DNA of 64,000 nucleotides from Squalus acanthias. Lineage: Eukaryota. Below are positions 1 through 12,829 of the stretch, one piece after another; within the stretch, counting starts at the first letter, position 1, and every line of letters starts with the position of its first letter. The position numbers were made by a program, and so were the translations under genes. The DNA lies in the NCBI GenBank assembly GCA_030390025.1, contig CM059432.1, positions 78,990,001 through 79,054,000 of the forward strand. The letters are read 5' to 3'. The notes beneath the pieces are model-generated. The model saw nothing but the letters and a program-made list of their open reading frames with translations. It made no database searches and was not told the origin of the DNA.

Positions 1-518
1 AAAAGCTTTATTGGGCATTGGATAACTTGCCCAAAGTTACTTCCAAGAAACCAGAACCCATCTTCTCCAGTTCCTCTCGATGTCCCCACTGATGGATTGA
101 GAGAATCTGAGACAATACTGACTGGTTCTGCTTTACAGTCATGTTATGTGCAAGTTGGCTAAAAGTAGCCAGAATTGAAGATATGTAGGATATATGGGAG
201 GCATAGGATCAAATTGTAGTTTCTCTAGAAAGGTTGCAACCAAAAACACTACTTCCAATTTTTGTCCCTCTTTCAAGTGAGCAGCCAAGGAAATATGAAA
301 TTACAAGACGCAATCATGAACCAAATTCTCAAGTGAGTGAGTGACATGGCTGAAGCAGCGATCCTTGCCTAAAGTTGAAATTTCCTAAATCAAGAGTATA
401 ATTAGAGATTCTCCCAGTTGTCTTGTTTGGTTATTTATGTGAAATATGGATGATGTTAAATGTAGAAATATTTTTATGTAATGCATGCACACCTCAGAAG
501 ACCAATGCCACAGCTTAC

Positions 519-668
519 CTGTATTGGAGTTTCAAATCGTACAGTTTTTGAAGTATTTTGCGGCTTTATCTCAGACAAGATAACATTTCTGCTCCATGTA
601 TTTGTGGTGATGTCCGATTTTTCAGGTAATAAGGTCCTCAGTAATGAGCTGGTCAACAGGCTTTCAGA
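519..668 (-). CDS. MYBL1: MYBL1 exon 15
   Basis: ttacag|TCT...CAG|gtaagc; 150 nt; SESLLTSSLLRTLLPEKSDITTNTWSRNVILSEIKPQNTSKTVRFETPIQ. Confidence 0.88.
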
Positions 669-989
669 CTGTAACACAGAGGCAACTTATTTCCCCCATT
701 TATGTTTGTTTCTCCAATTGCCACATTATTTCCTAATGAAAAGGGCATGTAAGCAAGCAACCTCTAAGTTCACCCAATGACTCAAGGCGACTGCCAGTGG
801 ACATACAAGCCTAATATAGGTTGACTCACCTGTAATTTTTCTGCTCCCTGTGGAAAGCAAGTAGCCTCAAAAATGCATCTTTTGACTAGAACAATATTTA
901 CTCTGATAAATTTATGTTTTGCCACTTTTTCCCCATCCTCTCCTGAAGGTGCTGACTCTTGTTAGGTGTAGTTGCACAGGTGCCAAAAG

Positions 990-1057
990 GAGGGGGAAAA
1001 GAGAGAGAGACACACACACAGAGAGGGAGAGGGAAAAAAGAGGGCGAAAGAGAGAGG

Positions 1058-1117
<60 letters not shown>

Positions 1118-1275
1118 AAGAGAGAGAAAGAAAAAGAGAGGGAGAGAGAGAGAGAGGGGGAGAGAGAGAGAGAGAGGGGAGAGAGACAGACAGAGAGCGA
1201 GAGAGGGAGGGAGAGAGACAGATAGAGGGGTAGAGAGAGAAAGAAAGAGACAGAGACAGGGAAATACACACACAT
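990..1275. repeat. (GA)n / purine-rich microsatellite
   Basis: Long perfect (AG)n core at about 1060-1112 with degenerate flanks; it generates the spurious ER/SL ORFs. Confidence 0.97.
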
Positions 1276-1529
1276 ATACCTTCCAGCAAGAGTCAATGAT
1301 AGCAATCAGGGAAAGCAATCATATCTGATTTTCTCCCTCCCTATCTATAGAAGTAAGAGCTAGGCTGCATGACTGCTCTGTAGATGGATATTGAACTTCT
1401 TTCAAAGAAGAATAAAACCATATCTATGGTGTACAAATGACAATTCTTCCCAATGAATGCATACTATCGTCATCTCGCTGTTTTCTTTTCCTTCTGTATT
1501 ATAAATCTTGCAAATAAATTTGACTGTTA

Positions 1530-2765
1530 GTTTTAGCCAAATCTATCTTTCCCGCAACTCCATGTTTGAATTTCTCCAATCGGGTATTCGCCCTTGCCAC
1601 AGCATTGAAACAGGCCTACTCAAAGTCGCAAATTATATCCTTTGTGACTATGGTGCATTATCCCTCTTCATCCTCCTCAACCTCTCTTGGTTTTCAAAAC
1701 AATCAATCACACCATCCTCCGCCAATACTTCTCTTCTGTTGTCCAGCTCAGTGGGATTGCCCTCACGGATCCACTCTTATCTATCCAAACCTATCTAGAA
1801 CATCTACAGCACCTTCCAGAACGCGCACTATTACTTCTGGAGACGCCAGGATCTATCATTGGCCCCCTCCTACCATATGTACACTGATCATACTCAGCTC
1901 TACGTCTCCATCTCTCATGACCCTTTCACCGCCTCTGTGCCGTCAGACTGCTTGTTTGACTTCCAGTCCTTGACAAGCTGCAATTTCATCCAATAAAGCA
2001 TTGGAAAAGCCGAAGCTATCGTCTCCATACCCCACCAGAAACTCCGTGATCTTGCCACTAATTCCATCCCCCACCCCGGCCACTGTCTAAGGCTGATCCA
2101 GAATGTTCACAACCTTAACGTCCTCTTCGGTTCCAAGCTGATCTTCCAATCTCATATCTTCTCCATCACAAAGGCAGCTTATTTCCAATTCCGTAACACC
2201 GCCCATTTCCACCCCTACCTCAGTCTATCTACTGCTGAAACCCTCATCCATGCATTTGTCACCTCCAGACTTGACTATTCAAATGCTCTTCTGATCGGCT
2301 TCCTATTCTCTACCTTCCGTAAACTTCAGCTCATCCAAAACTTATACCTGTATCTATCCCACACCAAGTCCACTCACCTACCCTTACTGACCTACATTAG
2401 CTGCCAGTTCTCCAATGCCCCCAATTTAAAATTCTCAGCCTATTGTTTAAGTCCCTTCACGCCCTCACCCATCCCAAATTATCCATTCCTCCAACTCTAG
2501 CTTTTTGTGCAACCCACCCTCCCTTCTGCCCCACCAATGGCAGCCTCGTCTTCAGCCGTCTAGGCCCCATGCTTTGGAATTCCCTCTCTATATCCCTCCA
2601 CCTTCCTCTTCCCCTTTAAGACCCCCCTTAAACTTCAATTCTTTGGCCAAGCTTTTGGTCACCTCGTCCCAATATCTCCTTTTACTAGCCATTCATTTTT
2701 GTCTGAGAAACTTCTATGTCTGTCGATGTTAAAGGCACCAAATAAATGCAAGTTATTGTTGTTGT
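1530..2765 (+). mobile_element. Decayed L2-clade LINE, 3' part
   Basis: RT relic FEFLQSGIRPCHSIETGLLKV; L2-type downstream sequence (ctcatccatgcatttgtcacctccagacttgactattc); tail ataaatgcaagttattgttgttgt. Confidence 0.8.
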
Positions 2766-3686
2766 AACGTGAATAATTTATTCCAATAGGTGTTTTTTGC
2801 CTTTTGCAGAGAAAAGAAGTGTATAATAGGCAGTTTGTGCAACCTCCAATGCAAAAAAACTCAGTAAGAGTCACTGTAATCATGTGGCATATGACTTCTG
2901 TTCACAGCACACATAAGGGTGTAAATTTGATCAGTCTTCCTACAGAAACTACATTTTACTGCAATCTAACACACACTGTAAGCAGGAATATACCTAAGTA
3001 CAACTTTTCAAAGAATGAAAATGACCATATCTGTGGTGAGCAACCTACCTTTCTTACTCATTCATTCAACTGTCACATACAAATGGAAGTACGCCCTAGT
3101 AGTGTATAAACTGTAGGCAAGAACACTGCCAAAACACTTATCCTGAGCTGTTAGGTTAAGACAATCATTCTTTAAGAAAGCATATAAACTGCTTCAGACA
3201 GCTTTCTTACTGACAGCTTTGAAATCAACTGTTCACATGTTGGGCCAAGAGGGGCAGAATGGCCTCTGACCTTCCTTGGTGAGTCATGCCTGGCAAGAGA
3301 ACAACCATCCAACTCACTGAACTTCAATGAGGATATGGCACATCCATCACTATACAAAAGTTAAAGATCCATATGCATCAATCACGTGATGATTCCTTTC
3401 AGTGGAAGAAACTGGAGGTGGCTGATAAAACTGGAACGCTGCAATTCTCTAGAGTGAAACTGGTGTTTAATTTTTGGCAAAATCAATGGGTAAGGCCCAA
3501 GGAATGCCCTGTACAGAGGGCAAACAGGTATGGCAAGGCACCAAGCATCTCAGTTACCCTTCCATTACCAAGATGCAACTTGGAATCTTCCTCACCCCGT
3601 CTCAAACGGACAAGCAATTGGAAATCCTCCCCCAACCCACCCCACATCCTCGAGAAGCAGTTTGAGACTTTCCACTCCCCAATGTA

Positions 3687-5078
3687 AAGTAGAATAGAAC
3701 AGTACAGCACATAAGGAGGCCATTCGGCCCAGCAAGTCTGTGCCGGCTCTTTCAAAGAGCAATCCAGTTAGTCCCACTCCCCTGCTCTTTCCTCATATCC
3801 TTGTAATTTTTCTCCTTCAAGTATTTATCCAATTCCATTTTGAAGGCTACTGAACTTCAATGAGGATATGGCACGTCCACCACCCGATCAGGCAGTGCAT
3901 TCCAAATCCTAACCACTCGTTGCGTAAAATAGTTTTTCTTCACGTCACCTCTGGTTCTTTTAGCAATCACCTTAAATCTGTGCCCTCTGGTTATCGACCC
4001 TTCAGCCATTGGAAATGGTTTCTCTTTATTTACTTTATCTAAATCCTTCATGATTTTTCACACCTCTATCAAATCTCCTCTTAGCCTTCTCTGCTCAAAG
4101 GAGTACAACCCCATGTCTCTAGTCCATCCACGTAACTGTATTCCCTCATCCCTGGAACCATTCTATTAAATCTCTTCTGTACCTACTCCAAAGTCTTCCG
4201 TCCATCCTAAGTATGGTGCCCAGAATTGGACACAATACTCCAGCTGGGGCCGAACTAATGTTTTATATAGGTTTACCATAACTTCCTGGTTTTTGCACTC
4301 TATTTATAAATATGCTTTATTAACTGCTTTGAAGGTGCCAGGACAGGTTAACAAAGGATGTGTGCACAAGCACCCCCAGGTCTCTCTGTTCTTGCACTCC
4401 CTTTAAAATTGTACCATTTAGTATGTATGGTCTCTCTTCATTCTTCCTACCAAAATGTATCACCTCACACTTCCCTGCATTGAATTTCATCCGCCATGTG
4501 TCCGCCCATTCCACCAGCTGGTCTATATTCTCTTGAAGTCTATTACTCACTGTTTATTACATTTCCAAGTTTCGTGTCATCTGCAAATTTCAAAATTGTG
4601 CCTTGTAACCCCCACCTCCCCACCCCCCCCATGGCTTCAATTTTGCGAACAAGCCTAGAATGTGGTACTTTATCAAACGCCTTTTGAAAGTCCAAATACA
4701 CATTAACTGCACTGCCCTCATCCATCCGCTCTGTTACATCATCAAGTTAGTCAAACACAACTTGCCCTTAACAAATCCATGCTGGCTCTCCTTTATTAGT
4801 CCATGCTTGTCCAAGTGGCTGTTCATTTTCTCCCAGATTATTGTTTCTAAAAGCTTCCCCACCACAGATGTTAAACTGACTGGCCTGTAATTGCCAGGTT
4901 TATCCTTCTCCCCTTTTTTGAACAAGGGTGTAAACATTTGCAATCCTCTAGTCCTTTGGCACCACCCCTATATCTAAGGAGGATTGCAAGATTGGGGCCA
5001 GCACCTCCACAATTTCTACCCTTACTTCCCTCAGTAACCTAGGCTGCATCCCATCCGGACTGGGTGACTTATCTACAT
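3687..5078 (-). mobile_element. 5'-truncated CR1 LINE
   Basis: Minus-strand RT fragments [56 protein letters not shown]. Confidence 0.92.
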
Positions 5079-5817
5079 TGCATAGCATGTTAAATGTTTA
5101 CTTACTAAACTTATACATACTAAACTTTTACTTACTAATTCCACCCCCCACTACTGAGAAGCTATCGAGTACTAACCCTCCAACTGGCAAGCAACTCTAG
5201 CCTCCCCTCGAGAACCTAATTTGTTATCTCACACCACTGAGAACCAATTCTGGTTCCCCCTCCCAGAGAACCAACTTTGGTTTCTTCTCTTGCCTCCCCT
5301 TACAGCCAAAGTCCTTCCCTTCACCCTGCATTGAGAAGGAACCTGGAACCCTTCCCACCCCCCCCCACCCGCCCCCAGACATTGAGCCAAAAACCTGTCC
5401 TCTGCCACCACCCCACTGAAAAGAAAACCAGTCCTGCCCCTCACCACCCTCATGGAGATGGAAATGGGCCATGGCCCATTGCAACCTACCCATCCAACCC
5501 CCAAACACCCCAAAAGAAAGTCAGTCCTTGCTCAGCCACGTGATGCTCTCTCTCCTCCATCCCTCCTCCCTGTCCCACCCCATTCACCTTCCCTATCTTT
5601 CTCTCCCCTCCCCTTTCTATTCTCTCCCTCTGCTGCCTCTCCCCTCTCATGCTTGGATCCAGTTATCCTCTCACTGTTTGTCCTAAATACTGCACTTGGT
5701 CTTGACTCCCTATTTGCCACACCATGAGGGATAAACTAGTTTAATACATTTTCAAAAAAATTGCCAGACAACTACTTTTATATTGTAGACTTAACTACAT
5801 AGTTACAGGGCACTGAA

Positions 5818-6066
5818 CAACCAATAAACGGCAAGATAAAACTTGCTGGCATGAATAGACAAAAGTCCGTTTTTTTTATTTTGTACCATCAGTCCCAAGG
5901 CATGATTCAGAATGGTGCACTTGTATAAATAACACTGGATCAACCAATAAACGGCAAGATAAAACTTGCTGGCATGAATAGACAAAAGTCCGTTTTTTTT
6001 ATTTTGTACCATCAGTCCCAAGGCATGATTCAGAATGGTGCACTTGTATAAATAACACTGGATCAA
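5818..6066. repeat. Perfect tandem duplication, 123-bp unit x2
   Basis: 5818-5940 appears identical to 5941-6063 (caaccaataaacggcaag...aacactggat). Confidence 0.95.
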
Positions 6067-6905
6067 GATTTACAGAATGCAATGGTCACATATCGGGTGA
6101 AGCTTTTAAAAAGGAAAGTGAGTATTAGCAATTCCCGTTTGTATCTGGGGGTTGAATGAACGATGGCTCTCTAAATAAAAAAAAAAGTCTACTATTGGAA
6201 TCGAGTCAAATGCTACCACAATACTAGACATAAATAAATGACTTCAAAAGAATATGACAGCTTATTTTAAAGCACAGAATAAATCCTACCTCTAGCGCCA
6301 AGTTTAAAAGAAATTCTACTGTATCAACTCTTCCAATAGATAGCTGAAGAGTTTGTCCCATAATCCTCCATAGGCTGAGATCTTGATCACAACTATTTCA
6401 TTCTGACAGCTCTGCTAATTCTTAAACATATATTGAAATCAATGCTAATAAAAATTACAATTAAATCAGGTGCAGGGGGAAAACCTAACAAAACCAGGAA
6501 AAGGGTGATCAGAAAGAGAAAATTTTAAAAGCAAAATACATTTTCCAGCGATAAGAAATAATCTCAGGAAAATTGCACATGTGCAATTTTATTAGATCAC
6601 AGATCTTCCCCACTGTAACACATAGTATAAATGGTTGATGTAAATAAATAGTTTATAAAAGTTAAGGGAAGTAGCATACATAGATCTTAAAAAAAAAAAA
6701 AATTTTTTTTTAAAACCACTTACATAGATACACGGAGCCATGAACCATAACATGTGAAGCAATCACAATGAATATGAAGTTAAACTTTGCAGCTAATTAC
6801 AACAAGTTCTCATACTAATTCTCTCTAAGAGACTTAGATGCATAATTAATTTGCTTCTAAAAATGTCTACATTGCAAAGTTTCCAATAAGCATTAGCGAA
6901 CTCAC

Positions 6906-7013
6906 CTGTACATCTGAAACAGAGGTCTGTGTGAACTTTTGAGTACCATGGTCATCCTTGATCCACGTGTCTAAAACAAGAGACTTTCGCACTTTCTTGA
7001 AAGGAGCCGTGTG
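6906..7013 (-). CDS. MYBL1: MYBL1 exon 14
   Basis: cacag|CAC...CAG|gtgag; 108 nt; HTAPFKKVRKSLVLDTWIKDDHGTQKFTQTSVSDVQ. Confidence 0.94.
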
Positions 7014-7139
7014 CTGTGATTTGTTGGGGGCGGGGGAGGAGAACAGGAGTAAAGATGAAAATCAGGAAATTACAAATCAGTCAGAATAGCCTTGATCACA
7101 AACCATTCAGGCTACAAGAAAAATAAACTATATTACCAC

Positions 7140-7256
7140 CTCTTGCTCACAGACTTTGAAGATGGGGTCCATTCCTTCTCCAAGTAATATGTCAGTACCA
7201 GTCTCCTTCTTTAAGACCTCTCGAATATCCTCTTCTAAGTGTGCAAGTGACTGAGG
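7140..7256 (-). CDS. MYBL1: MYBL1 exon 13 (3' end at 7140 or 7137, tandem donor)
   Basis: ctag|CCT...GAG|gtggtaata; PQSLAHLEEDIREVLKKETGTDILLGEGMDPIFKVCEQE(V). Confidence 0.9.
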
Positions 7257-8005
7257 CTAGATAGACAAAGGAGTAATTACATTTTCTTCATTTAAACAGA
7301 TGGTGAATTTTTAAACTGGTCAAACTGCTTGGAACTATTATTGTTTAAAAATGCTATGTTAAAATTCATTGGTTCCTTTACAAGACGATAATTTGTAGAA
7401 GAGTCAAGAATTAATTTCTCAAGTTTTAACAATTTCCAGCTATAGGAGGTGCACATGCACGTCCTCAAAAAGGCAAAATATTTTAAAAACATTTGAGACT
7501 CCATAGAATTGTTGTTAAAAAGATAATCTGGAAAGGAGCCAAACTAAAAAATTGACAGGAAGATAGTTAATAGATAGTGTATGCAAAGGCAGATAAATAA
7601 ATCAGAAAGTACCGACTAACAGATGAAAACAAAACAGCAAACATTACACTGGCCAAGTCATGTCTAGGCCGTTTTCTGTAAACCACCTTTTCAAATTTTA
7701 ATTTATACTATACAATATGGTATTTTTTCTTCATATAAAACAAATTTAGTAATATGTATTTTTGTGCTGCCATATCTTGACATGGTTGCTGGGTTGATAT
7801 TGTTGGTGCTGCCTTCCATTGGAGGACAGTATCATTGGACAGTCTGATGGATAGTAATACCCAGTTGTTTACATAAGGGCGCTTCATAGTGAGATAACAA
7901 TGATAGCAGGATGGAACAAAAAAGGAAGCGAAAGACCTCAAGACAGACAAATACATGCTGAACATAACCAAGCCAACAAGCGCTGATCTACAATACTGCA
8001 CTTAC

Positions 8006-8120
8006 CACCATTCTAAGAGGCCCATATTTCTTTTCTTGGGCAGCAAGTGCATTCTTGAAAGGGGTAGGTGTCCTCGGTGTGCTGTCTAAAACCGTTCGTC
8101 TTATAGTGGGGGTCCTAAAA
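8006..8120 (-). CDS. MYBL1: MYBL1 exon 12
   Basis: tgtag|TTTTAGG...GTG|gtaag; 115 nt; FRTPTIRRTVLDSTPRTPTPFKNALAAQEKKYGPLRMV. Confidence 0.96.
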
Positions 8121-8923
8121 CTACAAGACATAAATTCCAGTGTTAAATATGAAATAAAACTCATCAGGATATTTGAAAAGCCAAAATATGGATGAAAAGA
8201 ACAGTTTCTAATCAGTTTAATTACAATAGGTGAGACCAAGTTAGATAAAACTGAAGAAGAAGAAAACATTTGCTTTTGAAGCGACGGAATGGAAAGGGAG
8301 AAAATGAGTTATGTACTGAAGTGTATTTCCAAGTCACCACTCAAGAGCAAAGAAAATTCAGCTTGGTTAATTAGATTTTTGCATCACATTTTCTGAAAAA
8401 GCTGAGTATAGTCCCCCGTGGTACCAAGCTACTAAACTCAAATGTTGACAGGAGTGGGAGCTGCACAGACAGGAATAAGCTTTCTATGTATAATGAACGA
8501 TGTGTTAATTCAGTCAAGATCAAGAGTGGCATAAATATGTTTATTCAGATACTAGCTGATCTCCCTAAGGAGCTGCTCATGAATAGTTCTTTTGAAAATA
8601 AAATAGTTACCAGACTATTTACTATCCATGCAATGTACTATGCATTTGTACTATTGCATTGATCACCTGCATGTACTACACAGTTCCATTAGTTTGTAAT
8701 CTATTAATGTATTGGAAGGAAATAGTGAACCCACCCTCCCAATTTATATTGTATTAGTAGCACATTTTTGAAGAGATTTTACAGCCAAAGAAAAATCAAT
8801 TAAAACTACTCAGTGATGTAACAATAACTTGCATTTATGTAACTCCTTTAATATAGAAAAATGTCCCAAGGATCTTCAGAGATATAGCCAGACAAAAATG
8901 GACAATAAGACAAAGGAAATAAT

Positions 8924-9674
8924 GGCCCGGATTTTGTGGGAGAAATAACGATGAGGCCATCAGCGCTCACCTTTATTAAAGAGTAAATTGGACAGCATCT
9001 TGCGGCGACCGTACATGCGCAGTCAAACACAGAAATTAGGAAGTTGCGGTCCGAGTTCTCTGCTCCTCCAGAAGCTTCGCTATACCGGTATCTGGCCGAT
9101 AGTTGGCATTGAAATACATGGAAGAGCGTGAAGTTGCAGTACTTGCATGATAGATACCCACTGCCAGAAAAAGCTAAGACTTGTCCATTCCAGTGCAAGT
9201 AATTTTTTTTTTAAATGGCGTGAGAAGTCTTAATTACTGCCAAACAACCTCTCTGGCACTGAAAATTAACTTTTACAAGTATCGAGCCTCATTCCGTCAC
9301 ATTTTAATTATTGTTGGAGATTTTTTTTTTAATTAACATTTTCTTTCTTTCGCTTATCTCTTTCGCTTAAACCCATCTTTCGTTTCCTCTCTCTATTTTG
9401 CTTTTGGTACATGATTTGGCATTGAATTAACTATTATAATTTACACTTCCTGGTTCAGACTGCACGCCTCATTGAGAATTCTTCAATCTGACTGGTTAAG
9501 GAGATACAGTTACTTGCTCTTTTCACACCGATCCCTGTAGGAGGGGTCCGCGCTGAAATGGATGTCTAATCACCGCAAGTTCCGGTGCAAAAGCCCATAG
9601 AAAGTCAGTGAGCCAGTGTAAGTGAAATGAACGGCTGCTGCTGTTCGCTCGCCGCTGATCACAAAATCCAGGCA
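8924..9674. mobile_element. Non-autonomous TIR element (Harbinger-type MITE) inserted in L2
   Basis: Ends ggcccggattttgtg / cacaaaatccaggca; 3-bp aat/att flanks; body similar to 44996-45573. Confidence 0.75.
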
Positions 9675-10430
9675 ATTAAGAGATGACCAAAAAGCTTGGT
9701 CAAAGGGTTTCAAGGAGAGCTTTAAAAGGAGGAGGAGAGGGAGGTGGAGAGGCAGAAGGTTTAGAGGGAACTCCAAAGAGTAGGGCCTAGATGGCTGAAG
9801 GCACTGCCGCCAATGGTGGTGCAAAGCGAGGGGAGTGCACAAAAGGTCAAAGTCAGAGGAATGGAGAGTTTGGGGGGTGGAGGAGGGGGAAGAGTGTGTG
9901 TTGCAGGGCTGGAGGGGGTTACAGAGATAGGGAGGACCAAGGCCATGAAGAGATTTAAACAGGAAATTAGAATTTTAAATTTGCGGCATGGCGGAAACTG
10001 GAAGCCAATGTAGGTCAGCAAGGACAGGAGTGATGATGTGAAGTGCCTTGGGTCATTTTACTACACTAAGGATGCTATATAAATACAAGTTGTTGTTGTT
10101 GAGTAGGACATGATACAGGCAGCAGAATTTTGGATGAGCTGAAGATTACAGAGGGTGAATAATGGGAGGCCAGACAGGAGAGCATTGGAATAGTCGTATC
10201 TAGAGGTGACAAAGGTGCAGATGCGCTGAGGCAGGGGCGGAGGAAGATGATGTTACGGAGGTGGAAGTAGACAGTCTTTATGATGGGAGTATTTGGGATT
10301 GGAAGCTCAGCTTGTGGTCAAATAGGATGCCAAGACTGCAAACAGTCTGGTTCAGCCTGAAACAACAGCCAGGGCGGAGGATGGAATCGGTGGCAAGGGT
10401 ACAGAATTTATGGTGGGGGCCAAAGACGAT

Positions 10431-10832
10431 GGGCTGGATTTTGATACTGGGGCGGGTTGGGGTCGTGTCATCCACCCGACTGCAATTGGATGTGGGAGAT
10501 TGATGCAATTTTCACCTAATTGGGCAATTGAGTTCCAGCATGTGGGAACCCATGAACCAATTAGTGTTTTCAGAAAGACACAGACACAGACACACACACT
10601 TCACGTAGAACAAGGGTTAAAATCACAACGGCCTTTCAAAATGGCACTATAGAGCCAATTTAGTGCTTGTTAAGGGCCTTAACAGCCTATCCAGTCTCTT
10701 AAAGGCAGGACACAGTCGGGACCAGCAGACACGATTTCATGAAAATTGCGTGGAGGCGGACTTGCGCCCGCCCGCCAGTTTTCGCAATTTTAACCCCCCA
10801 CACGCCTCCAAGGGTCAATGAAAATCCAGCCC
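10431..10832. mobile_element. Harbinger-type MITE, 402 bp
   Basis: Perfect 12-bp TIR gggctggatttt / aaaatccagccc; 3-bp TSD GAT on both sides; interrupts L2. Confidence 0.88.
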
Positions 10833-12049
10833 GATGACTTTAGTCTTCCTAATGTTTAACTGAATGAAATTGCGGCTCATCCAAAACCAATATCAGACAA
10901 GCGGAGGATCGAGTGGTGGAGAGGTAGACCTGGGCGTTGTTAGTATGCATGTTGAAGCTGACCCCATGTTTGCGGATGATGACGCCAAGGGGAAGAATTT
11001 AGATGAGGAAGAAGAGAGGCGAGAAGGACAAATCCTTGGGGGCCTCCAGAGGTAATAGTATAGGGGTGGCAAGAGAAGCCATTTCTGGAGATTCTCTGGC
11101 TATCAGATATGTAGAAGTGGAACCAAACGAGGGCAATCGCAAGAGCCGGACAACAGAGGAAAGGCGTTACAGGACGATGGTGTGTGCGAACACGTCAAAG
11201 GCTACAGATAGGTCGGAGGAGGAGGGATAACGCTCCAGTCCCAACCACATTTGTAATTTTGATCAAGGCCGTTTCAGTGCTTTGACAGGGAAGGAACTTA
11301 ATCAACATGATGTAACTTAACCATTACAAGAAATTATATCACAATGAATAAGTAGTTACCAGGGCCAATTACATATGAAAGTTTTCAGTCACATTTTCCC
11401 CATGGACTTATCACAACATTCAAAACCAAAGACGTGCAGTTCCCACAAAAACAATGAGCCACTATTGTATCAAGATTCCCTTTGAAGAATCTCATTGGTC
11501 AGTGGTAGATTAGCCTATACTAAGGCATGTAATGCTGCAATATTTTTTGTCATCTGAATTGACAGGAGACAATGGGAATCCTATATATTTCTCCAGTAAG
11601 CAATTTACTATTATAGGGATCAATTGTTAGACATGGGCTGTGCTAACTTTGTGTGGCAATGAATAAAGATGCAGTTTTCAGTTCGTATAAGACTGCTTAC
11701 CTAAACGGTCATCAAGCCATTTACACGAGACAAAAAAAAGCATTAGGAAAACCAGCACCCCCTCCATCATGGTAGATAATGTAAGGTTCCACTGCAGTTA
11801 ATTATTTCTCTTAAAAGCATAATTAGACTTCCTAATGACACAAGAAAGCTTTTTATATGTTGTTGGTATTTTTCCCATCTCTCTGCAGAATGACCAAATA
11901 CAAAACAAAAAAAAAACTATACTGTCCTTGTATAAGAACTTGGTTAGGCCTCATCTAGAATACAGTGTCCCGTTATGGTCCCCTCACATGGTGGGTGAAT
12001 ATAGAGGCCCTAGAAAAGATTCAGAGGAGGGCCATTACATTTATACCTA

Positions 12050-12778
12050 GGGCGCGATCTTGCCAGCCCTGGGGAGGCGGGTATGGAGGCAGGACTGCCG
12101 GGAAAATGGCAGAATTTGGGGGCGGGTGCCTAACCCGCCTCAGTGCCATCTTGCCAGGAGGTGGGTAGCTGTCCCGCGCTGGGTCCCGTCTCCTTGGAGG
12201 CGGGAAGGGGATTAGTGCCACTTATTTTACCCACAAAAGTGCGGGCTTCCCGAAGGCTCCATAACCCGCCAGGGTCACCGAGGCGAGTAGTGGATCTGCG
12301 GGGTCTAAAAGTGTGCTGTGGAGATGAGTGATGAGTGCAAGTGTGGAGAGGTGAGTATCTGAGGTAAGTGGAAAGTGTTAGAAAAAGTGTACTTATCTTT
12401 GGTTCTTCCTGCAGGCTTCAATCGTTGGGTATGCAGAGAGTCTCGCACCTCCGGGGCAGAGATGACAGATGGCCGTTTGATGAGTCTTGAATACAAGGAC
12501 TCATCAAACAACAGAGAATGTCAGTGTTTGACAGCTTCACAGAGCTGTCAAACGATGACAATTCATCTGTCAAAATTTTTTGACAGATGAAACGTCATAC
12601 GCTGACATTCTCTGTAACCGGCTTTCCCTTAATTGGCCTGCTAAGCCTACTGGGTGGGCTTAACAAGGTCAATCAAGGGAAAATAGCGTGGGTTGGCCAC
12701 AAATCGATGGAGGCAGGACATCGACCCTCCAAGCAGAAGTCCCGCCTCCAATGCACCCCCATTGGCAAAATCACCCCC
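12050..12778. mobile_element. Harbinger-type MITE
   Basis: Imperfect TIR gggcgcgatcttgcca / tggcaaaatcaccccc; interrupts the CR1 reading frame. Confidence 0.65.
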
Positions 12779-12829
12779 CGAGTTTAAAGGCCCTTAGTGA
12801 CTATGATAGGCTTACAGCGCTGGGCTATA

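Larger units (their letters stand above)
8820..11290 (-). mobile_element. L2-clade LINE split by two MITEs and an inverted L2 tail
   Basis: Reverse-complement similarity to 1530-2765; the tail acaataacttgcatttat is at 8821; the sequence resumes after each insertion. Confidence 0.8.

Noticed and set aside
898..1328. Six overlapping ER-rich or SL-rich ORFs
   Set aside because: Translations of a (GA)n microsatellite; the same applies to the ORFs at 37142-37518.
5120..5720. C-rich / G-quadruplex-like segment with short ORFs
   Set aside because: Low complexity; no TIR, TSD or protein motif I could support.
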